Positions 56,831 to 62,504 of a stretch of 64,000 nucleotides of DNA are shown here, in pieces. A program made the position numbers and the translations under genes. The notes beneath the pieces are model-generated. The model had not been told where the DNA came from. It made no database searches and worked only from the letters and a program-made list of their open reading frames with translations. How positions within the stretch are numbered: the stretch's first letter is position 1; every line of letters begins with the position of its first letter. This DNA is from a virus (taxonomy: Duplodnaviria > Caudoviricetes), in the IMG/VR virus record IMGVR_UViG_3300033066_001054. One strand, 5' to 3'.

Positions 56831-57691
56831 ATGAGCAACATCCGAAACGTATATGGCATTGACGAGCAAAACGAAGAGTTTCTCGCCGCCGCTATGGACA
56901 CCCCCGAAGGTCGCGTCGCATTAGCGCAAGCTATGGTTGAACCCATTAAGACATCTTTGATGTACCAAGGTGTAGGCCGCAAGCTGCTGATGGTTGACGA
57001 ACTGCCGCAGGGTGCCCTTCCTCGCTACGAGCGAGACATCGCAGTTAAGTCTTACGTAATGAGTAAGCGTGGTTCAGTTCCAACGTCTATCGTTGAAGCT
57101 GAAGAGTTGATGGTTCCGGTTCTTGAAATCGCTTGTAACCCAACCGTCAAGCTCAACGAAATCCGTGCCCGACGATTCTATATTGTCGACCGCGCACAGG
57201 TGAGGGCCAAGGACTCATTGCAGCGACAAGAGGACGCCGAAGTCTTCCGCGTTATCAACGCGGCTGTACCTTCAGCACACAACATCACGGTTACTGGTTC
57301 ACTCCAGCCCGAGAACATCAACCTCGCTCTGTCTCTCATTGAAGAGCACGAGTTGATTGGTGCCAAAATTGTTGTGCATCCTCAGCGCTACAAAGACATC
57401 CGAACATGGGGCAAGGAGTTCTATGATGAAGCGACAACTCGCGACATCTTGATGACCGGACTTTTCGGTCACTTGTACTCCGCTGACATTCACGTCAGCA
57501 CCATCGTTCCAAAGAACGCTGTCTACGTATTGGCACCGGCCGCCTTCGTTGGCGCCATGCCAGTCCGCCAGGACATCACCGTTCTTCCGAGCGACGACCC
57601 TCGACGACTCCGCCTCGGCTGGGTCATCTTCGAGGAACTTGGCTTCGCCGTTATCAACGACTACGCCACCGCTCGAATCATCGTTAGCTAA
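56831..57691 (+). CDS. major capsid protein (HK97 fold)
   Basis: Canonical position, SD AGGAGA, C-ending codon bias, downstream terminator; GRKLLMVDELPQGALP.YE.D, EIACNPTV, GWVIFEELGFAV motifs. Confidence 0.88.
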   Translation: MSNIRNVYGIDEQNEEFLAAAMDTPEGRVALAQAMVEPIKTSLMYQGVGRKLLMVDELPQGALPRYERDIAVKSYVMSKRGSVPTSIVEAEELMVPVLEIACNPTVKLNEIRARRFYIVDRAQVRAKDSLQRQEDAEVFRVINAAVPSAHNITVTGSLQPENINLALSLIEEHELIGAKIVVHPQRYKDIRTWGKEFYDEATTRDILMTGLFGHLYSADIHVSTIVPKNAVYVLAPAAFVGAMPVRQDITVLPSDDPRRLRLGWVIFEELGFAVINDYATARIIVS

Positions 57692-57709
57692 CGCTACGGT
57701 GAACGACTT

Positions 57710-57739
57710 ACAGGCCCCGCCATAGGCGGGGCCTGTTTT
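57710..57739 (+). terminator. intrinsic terminator of the capsid operon
   Basis: ACAGGCCCCGCC-ATA-GGCGGGGCCTGT followed by TTTGTTTG. Confidence 0.88.
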
Positions 57740-57756
57740 GTTTGTATAAGGCTGAA

Positions 57757-57981
57757 GTGGTCGAAAAACAACATAATACAGAGTTGAATAATGGATTCTA
57801 TGACGCAGCGACACAGCGCGATATATTGAAGACAGGTTACTACGGTCATTTGTATTCAGCAAGTATACATGTTAGCACAATGGTTCCTAGAAACACTGTG
57901 GAAACTATGGATAGGGTGTTGCAATCAGAAGAACAGCGTAAGCAACTTTCTGATTACATGCGGTCGTGGTTGAAGAAATGA
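57757..57981 (+). CDS. MCP-fragment mini-protein 1 (MCP aa 197-231 plus shared tail)
   Basis: FYDAATQRDILKTGYYGHLYSASIHVSTMVPRNTV vs MCP FYDEATTRDILMTGLFGHLYSADIHVSTIVPKNAV (26/35 identical); tail LSDYMRSW; start GTG 57757 (alternative TTG 57742). Confidence 0.85.
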   Translation: MVEKQHNTELNNGFYDAATQRDILKTGYYGHLYSASIHVSTMVPRNTVETMDRVLQSEEQRKQLSDYMRSWLKK

Positions 57982-58223
57982 GCAACGGCGAAATTATACT
58001 ACCAGGTGCCTTCGATGGCGCATTGCCGATGAGAGAAGACATAACGATTTTGCCAGCCACACCTGTGCCACGAGATAAACAGGGACTTGGCTGGGTGGTT
58101 TTTGAAGAAGTTGGTGAAGCAATAATCAACAACTATGCTATTGATAGAATAGTGGTCAGTAATCAAACTCAAGAAGATATCAAACGAGCGCTGGAAGAAT
58201 ACATGAGGAAATATGCAAGGTAG
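57978..58223 (+). CDS. MCP-fragment mini-protein 2 (MCP aa ~234-286 plus shared tail)
   Basis: PGAFDGALPMREDITILP..LGWVVFEEVGEAIINNYAIDRIVVS vs MCP PAAFVGAMPVRQDITVLP..LGWVIFEELGFAVINDYATARIIVS; tail LEEYMRKY; ATGA overlap. Confidence 0.85.
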   Translation: MSNGEIILPGAFDGALPMREDITILPATPVPRDKQGLGWVVFEEVGEAIINNYAIDRIVVSNQTQEDIKRALEEYMRKYAR

Positions 58224-58434
58224 CAGTGAATCAAAACCATATAAGGCGTTTGGGCGCAAGCTGTTAATGGTTGACGAATTACCTCAGGGTGCATTAGCAA
58301 AATACGAGCGTGACGTACAAGTGAAATCGTATGTCATACCACGTCGTGGTGGTGTGCCCGGAGCTGTTTCAGAACCTTATGCACCAATTGACACACTCAA
58401 GGAATATATTAGGAAGTGGATGAGTAGTGGCTAA
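58213..58434 (+). CDS. MCP-fragment mini-protein 3 (MCP aa ~45-84 plus shared tail)
   Basis: GRKLLMVDELPQGALAKYERDVQVKSYVIPRRGGVP vs MCP aa 49-84 (28/36 identical); tail LKEYIRKW; SD GAGGA. Confidence 0.88.
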   Translation: MQGSSESKPYKAFGRKLLMVDELPQGALAKYERDVQVKSYVIPRRGGVPGAVSEPYAPIDTLKEYIRKWMSSG

Positions 58435-58660
58435 AAACACAAATCAACAAAGAGAGGACCAAATAACAGCGGCGCTTAGCACCCCAGAAGGCAAGGCAGC
58501 ACTTCGTGCCGCGATGTCCGCGCCAATACAGACTTCGATAATGTATCAGAACATCGGCGCGAAACTGCTAATGGTAGATTCATTGCCAGACCCTTATGAC
58601 GAATATCCGAATGCCCGTGACGCTGTTAGCGATTACATGAAAAAATGGGTGCAAAAATGA
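58427..58660 (+). CDS. MCP-fragment mini-protein 4 (MCP aa ~11-59 plus shared tail)
   Basis: AALSTPEGKAALRAAMSAPIQTSIMYQNIGAKLLMVDSLP vs MCP AAMDTPEGRVALAQAMVEPIKTSLMYQGVGRKLLMVDELP; tail VSDYMKKW. Confidence 0.85.
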   Translation: MAKNTNQQREDQITAALSTPEGKAALRAAMSAPIQTSIMYQNIGAKLLMVDSLPDPYDEYPNARDAVSDYMKKWVQK

Positions 58661-58851
58661 CCGCGAACCCACTGGCTAACATCAATGCAGCTCTCGAGGC
58701 ATTGGAACAACACGAATTGGCCGGCGCAAAAATCATCATTCATCCGAGCAGGTATGCCGATATTGAGCGATGGAGAAGAGAAGATGACGCCACAATACGC
58801 GAGCAGTTTAGCAAGTACATGCGAGGATATTTGGGTCAAGACATCAAGTAA
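58657..58851 (+). CDS. MCP-fragment mini-protein 5 (MCP aa ~160-193 plus shared tail)
   Basis: NINAALEALEQHELAGAKIIIHPSRYADIERW vs MCP NINLALSLIEEHELIGAKIVVHPQRYKDIRTW; tail FSKYMRGY; ATGA overlap. Confidence 0.85.
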   Translation: MTANPLANINAALEALEQHELAGAKIIIHPSRYADIERWRREDDATIREQFSKYMRGYLGQDIK

Positions 58852-59393
58852 TATTCAGAGACATCTTGACCCATGGCTGCTTCACATTTGTCAACAATTT
58901 TGACAATGTAGTCTGATATTCCTTTATGTTGCAATGAACTGAGTTTCGACATTTCACTGAGTGTGTATGTCATTTCTTTGAATGATTCCATACGTCGCTC
59001 ATCTTGTGCCAACATTTGTTGACCAATCAAAACACCGAACATCTGCGGGTCTTGGACCCCAAAATCCTTGCTGTGGTATTTGATTGTGTGAATAGACCTG
59101 ATTGCGTGTTCTGCATGCTCGAATTCTGTTAAACAACGAATTAAAGAGGTGTACAGTGCTGCCAATTCTCCAGTCATCTGCACTTCGCCAGACACCAACA
59201 CTGGCAATAGACTGTATTGGATTGTTCGAATACAGGCACTCATTTCAGCGTTGGGCTCGAATGCCATGTTCGATGGCATTTCGTCCGGGGACTCATTGAG
59301 TTGTTGCTGAATGGTCGACGTGTTATTGTCGATTCTCTCTTGCTCAATTCCCTGGATGTCGTCTGGAATACTTGCCTTTCTAAATCGTTTCAT
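58836..59393 (-). CDS. hypothetical helical protein
   Basis: 185-aa ORF coupled to the upstream minus-strand gene by ATGA overlap. Confidence 0.6.
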   Translation of the reverse strand: MKRFRKASIPDDIQGIEQERIDNNTSTIQQQLNESPDEMPSNMAFEPNAEMSACIRTIQYSLLPVLVSGEVQMTGELAALYTSLIRCLTEFEHAEHAIRSIHTIKYHSKDFGVQDPQMFGVLIGQQMLAQDERRMESFKEMTYTLSEMSKLSSLQHKGISDYIVKIVDKCEAAMGQDVSEYYLMS

Positions 59394-59746
59394 TGTAGCG
59401 TCAATAGATACTTGAGTTTGTTCATTGCAGCAAGCATCTCATCCCTGAGATTAAGTAAGTCCGAATCTGATTGTTCAAACACATTGTTAAACTCTATCAG
59501 ATATTCAATGCAGTGACCGATGAACTCAATAGGTTCAACATTTACAGAAAGCGATATGCTCAATTTATCTTCGCGGATTCTGCTTTGGGATTTGCCCAAG
59601 TACACTTCGACAAATTCATCAACAAGTCCATCAAGTGCTTCGTAGGTTTTTCCAAACGCCTCGTGTTGCGCGAAACTTTTGGTCTGCCAGTGGAACACAC
59701 GAATTTGTTGTTGAATCGTGATGAGGTTTCCAATTAGCTGACTCAT
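59390..59746 (-). CDS. ferritin/Dps-like four-helix protein (DUF5856-like)
   Basis: FHWQTKSFAQHEAFGKTYEALDGLVDEFVEVYLG...LLNLRDEM...KLKYLLTL. Confidence 0.75.
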   Translation of the reverse strand: MSQLIGNLITIQQQIRVFHWQTKSFAQHEAFGKTYEALDGLVDEFVEVYLGKSQSRIREDKLSISLSVNVEPIEFIGHCIEYLIEFNNVFEQSDSDLLNLRDEMLAAMNKLKYLLTLQ

Positions 59747-59781
59747 AGTGTATTATTCGCCATGAATCAAACACCGCCCTT

Positions 59782-60699
59782 TCAGACCATCGCAAGTTCT
59801 TTTGAATTCGGCAACGGCGTGTTCAAGGCTGATACGATTTCATCAGCGAAATTCTCTTTCGGTCTACACCAAGATGTGTGCTCGTAGTTGACCTTATTTG
59901 CGCTTGATTCGTATTTCTTTGGATTGTGCCTGAGCAAAAGTTTCTGTGCTAATAGTGTATCTGCTATTGGGATATTGGTTCCCATGTGTCCGCAAAATGC
60001 TTGTTCAACCTTATTCTTATCACCGAGGCGCAAAACGTTGCCATGAAGTGTATACAAAAGCCGGTATTTGATGCCGCATTTTGATACAACATCAAACCAT
60101 CCTTGCTTCTTCAGTGAACGCTTTTGCACTGGCGACAAGTGTTCCCAAAGCAAATGAATTGCTCGGTGAGTAGCCTTGGCCCGGAGCATTGCATTTCGCT
60201 CAATCTCTGCTTCACGTGCCCGACGTTGCTCTTCGAGTAATTCTCTCTCTTCCTCAGTGAGTTCTCGAGATGTAATCCCACCCAGCATTGCGCCGAAATA
60301 GTTCGATGTATCACTTGATGCAATGTACTGAAGCACCTGGCCCGAAGCAGTACACCCCTCAGCGGTACTGAGTATCAGATTTTGCAGTTCGGTATTTGAA
60401 CTGCCTGGCGTCATTGCCAGCCTCACTGACCAATATGGATAAGACCCTTCAGTGGCGGTGGCGGTTATGTTTTGAACTACATAATTGCAATTTGAACCAG
60501 TGATAACTCTTGTGTTAGCCAAAAGTTCAATTGCCGCAGTGTCGTCTACTTCAAATTCATATACAGCACTTAGGGTTGTATCGGTTCGATACGCGGTAAT
60601 TGCCGTGTTGCTCATAGTCGAAAGATGCACGCTATGGCTGGTTCCAGAAGTAGCGCAACCTGACCAATACAACCCAAGAGAGTTGTTTGTCGAGGGCAT
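59782..60699 (-). CDS. hypothetical protein with a coiled coil and a conserved-looking C-terminal domain
   Basis: C-terminal RAIHLLWEHLSPVQ..GWFDVV..KYRL..FCGH..PIADTLLAQKLLL..AN; TAATG coupling with the upstream gene. Confidence 0.65.
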   Translation of the reverse strand: MPSTNNSLGLYWSGCATSGTSHSVHLSTMSNTAITAYRTDTTLSAVYEFEVDDTAAIELLANTRVITGSNCNYVVQNITATATEGSYPYWSVRLAMTPGSSNTELQNLILSTAEGCTASGQVLQYIASSDTSNYFGAMLGGITSRELTEEERELLEEQRRAREAEIERNAMLRAKATHRAIHLLWEHLSPVQKRSLKKQGWFDVVSKCGIKYRLLYTLHGNVLRLGDKNKVEQAFCGHMGTNIPIADTLLAQKLLLRHNPKKYESSANKVNYEHTSWCRPKENFADEIVSALNTPLPNSKELAMV

Positions 60700-60968
60700 T
60701 ATCCTTCTGGCGGACTTGGATACCCGGCCTTTACTGGCGGAGCAAAGATGATTTTCCCAGCATGGGGGTCAAACTCTGACATCTCGCCTTCTTCTATGCC
60801 AAACGGGTCTACGTAATATGCCATGAATCCTTCGGTTAGCTTTTTCTCGAAGAGCTGTTTGGCTCGGTCTACGTCATATTCATCATTAACGTTGAACTCA
60901 AAAGGCGTGTCTCCAGTCTCGTTCAATTCATGCATGATTAGCCTGCCGGCTGCTTGTGTAGCTTGCAT
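60699..60968 (-). CDS. small hypothetical protein
   Basis: LNETGDT..AKQLFE..GFMAY..EFDPHAGKIIFAPPVKAG; ATG 6 nt after TGCTATAAT. Confidence 0.65.
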   Translation of the reverse strand: MQATQAAGRLIMHELNETGDTPFEFNVNDEYDVDRAKQLFEKKLTEGFMAYYVDPFGIEEGEMSEFDPHAGKIIFAPPVKAGYPSPPEG

Positions 60969-60975
60969 ACTCATA

Positions 60976-61536
60976 TTATAGCACAAGTTTGCGCCAATCT
61001 GATGTTAGCATTGCACCAAGCAAGCCGGCTGTGTTCCATGCGTCCCAATCCGCACTGTGCTCCTGACCTTCCCACGTGAGTCCAAATGCCTCAACAGCAC
61101 GGCGCAATCCAACGTTTTTGTAGCTATTGAATGCCAATTTTGTTAATGTGGCAACATCAATACACTCGTCAGACAAGAACATGTCGCAATTGGCGAATTC
61201 ACACTCTTTTTTCACGCAATCCCAGTCGTCACCATAGACAGCAGTAGCGTACTGCTTCATCCCCATGTTGGTCATTCGTGCGCTAGTAATAGCCAGAGAT
61301 TGGCCTCGACGCACATCCGCAGGCGTAATTCCTGTTAGGTCTGTACAGTATGTGCTGATTGTCGAGTTTTCTGGCTTGACATACAGCATGTCACGACCAG
61401 AGCGTTCGCCTGTTTTTGGGTTCAGAAAACACCAACCAATTTGAATGATTTCAGGAAACATTCCGTCTGGAGGTGTTCCGTCCCAGCAGGTGAGCTCGAG
61501 GTCGAAGACCAATATCTTATCAGCGCGACGAATCAT
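60976..61536 (-). CDS. DEDDh 3'-5' exonuclease (ERI-1/KapD-like)
   Basis: ExoI VFDLELTCW, EIIQIG, CTDLTGIT, ExoII YGDDW, ExoIII HSADWDA; likely start ATG 61536. Confidence 0.88.
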   Translation of the reverse strand: MIRRADKILVFDLELTCWDGTPPDGMFPEIIQIGWCFLNPKTGERSGRDMLYVKPENSTISTYCTDLTGITPADVRRGQSLAITSARMTNMGMKQYATAVYGDDWDCVKKECEFANCDMFLSDECIDVATLTKLAFNSYKNVGLRRAVEAFGLTWEGQEHSADWDAWNTAGLLGAMLTSDWRKLVL

Positions 61537-61551
61537 TTTCTTATGATACCC

Positions 61552-61578
61552 GTAGGTAAGCGCACAATACAACCCTAA
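61552..61578 (+). promoter_or_regulatory. putative late promoter GTAGGT-N18-TAA, divergent from a TATCAT -10 box on the minus strand
   Basis: Motif copy upstream of the tail/virion genes. Confidence 0.55.
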
Positions 61579-61614
61579 ATGAAAATATAGGGCTTGCGCT
61601 CGAGGCAATACAAT

Positions 61615-62010
61615 ATGGCAAACACATTATACGACAAAGGGAGAGAGGCATTCTTAGCTGGTGACGCTGATTGGGACGCAAACACCATTAAGGTAAGTCT
61701 GCTTAGTGCATCTTACACTTTTTCACAAACACATGACTTTTTCAACGACATCACAGGCGTTGTGGCTACGTCATCTGCTCTTGGAAGCAAAACGGTCACC
61801 GATGGTGTTGCTGATGCCGCTGATGTAACTTTCTCTGCTGTAAGTGGTTCGCAGGTAACACAGTTTATCATTTGGGCAGATACGGGTGTGGCTGGAACCA
61901 GCCGATTGTTGGTTTACTTTGACTCAGCAACAAACTTGCCGGTGACGCCAAACGGTGGTGACATCACTATTCAGTGGTCAAACGGTTCAGACAAAATATT
62001 CAAACTTTAA
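61615..62010 (+). CDS. virion structural protein (tail/baseplate-associated type)
   Basis: MANTLYDKGREAFLAG..W..TIKV.L..DGVADAADVTF..LPVTPNGGDITIQW resembles a common phage structural family. Confidence 0.6.
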   Translation: MANTLYDKGREAFLAGDADWDANTIKVSLLSASYTFSQTHDFFNDITGVVATSSALGSKTVTDGVADAADVTFSAVSGSQVTQFIIWADTGVAGTSRLLVYFDSATNLPVTPNGGDITIQWSNGSDKIFKL

Positions 62011-62019
62011 GGTGTAAAA

Positions 62020-62295
62020 ATGGCAGATTATAGCAATTGGACAATGGAACAAATTCTCGAGCTAAAGCGCAGCAAAGAGGTCGAATGGCAATCATTGCGA
62101 GAAGAAATTCGCGCACTGGCAAGGGCAGAAGAGCGACTGGTAAGATTTGACGAACTTAAGCGACGCATGGGTGACAGTGTAACCATTGAAGACCTTGAGA
62201 TGCTTTCGGATATTCTTAACACTCCGTCTGGACAAAGCGTAAGCGTCGATGGTATTGATGCTTCTGGAAATGTCGGTGAGCCGGGCAAAGACTAA
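62020..62295 (+). CDS. small coiled-coil protein
   Basis: SD AAGGTG; in operon. Confidence 0.6.
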   Translation: MADYSNWTMEQILELKRSKEVEWQSLREEIRALARAEERLVRFDELKRRMGDSVTIEDLEMLSDILNTPSGQSVSVDGIDASGNVGEPGKD

Positions 62296-62297
62296 AC

Positions 62298-62492
62298 ATG
62301 TTGACAATTGAGGCAGAAACATTGGTTGAGACTGGTGGTGTTCGGTATCGAACTATCACCGGAGGAGATTATGAAGAGTCAGGATTGGTAGAAGTCTACC
62401 GAGAAGGTGACGAACAGAAAAACTCAATTGGTGCCTTTCAGGCACATTACATTGTCCACGGATATCATGTTGGAGAACCACCTCCAAACTAA
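62298..62492 (+). CDS. small hypothetical protein
   Basis: Fills the gap between operon genes. Confidence 0.5.
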   Translation: MLTIEAETLVETGGVRYRTITGGDYEESGLVEVYREGDEQKNSIGAFQAHYIVHGYHVGEPPPN

Positions 62493-62504
62493 AGAGAGAA
62501 CAAT

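Noticed and set aside
57757-58851. Frameshifted pseudogene of a second MCP, or a DGR/shufflon template array
   Set aside because: Fragments are out of order, individually open, carry new shared tails and differ largely at synonymous sites. No reverse transcriptase, recombinase, adenine-specific variation or flanking recombination repeats were seen.
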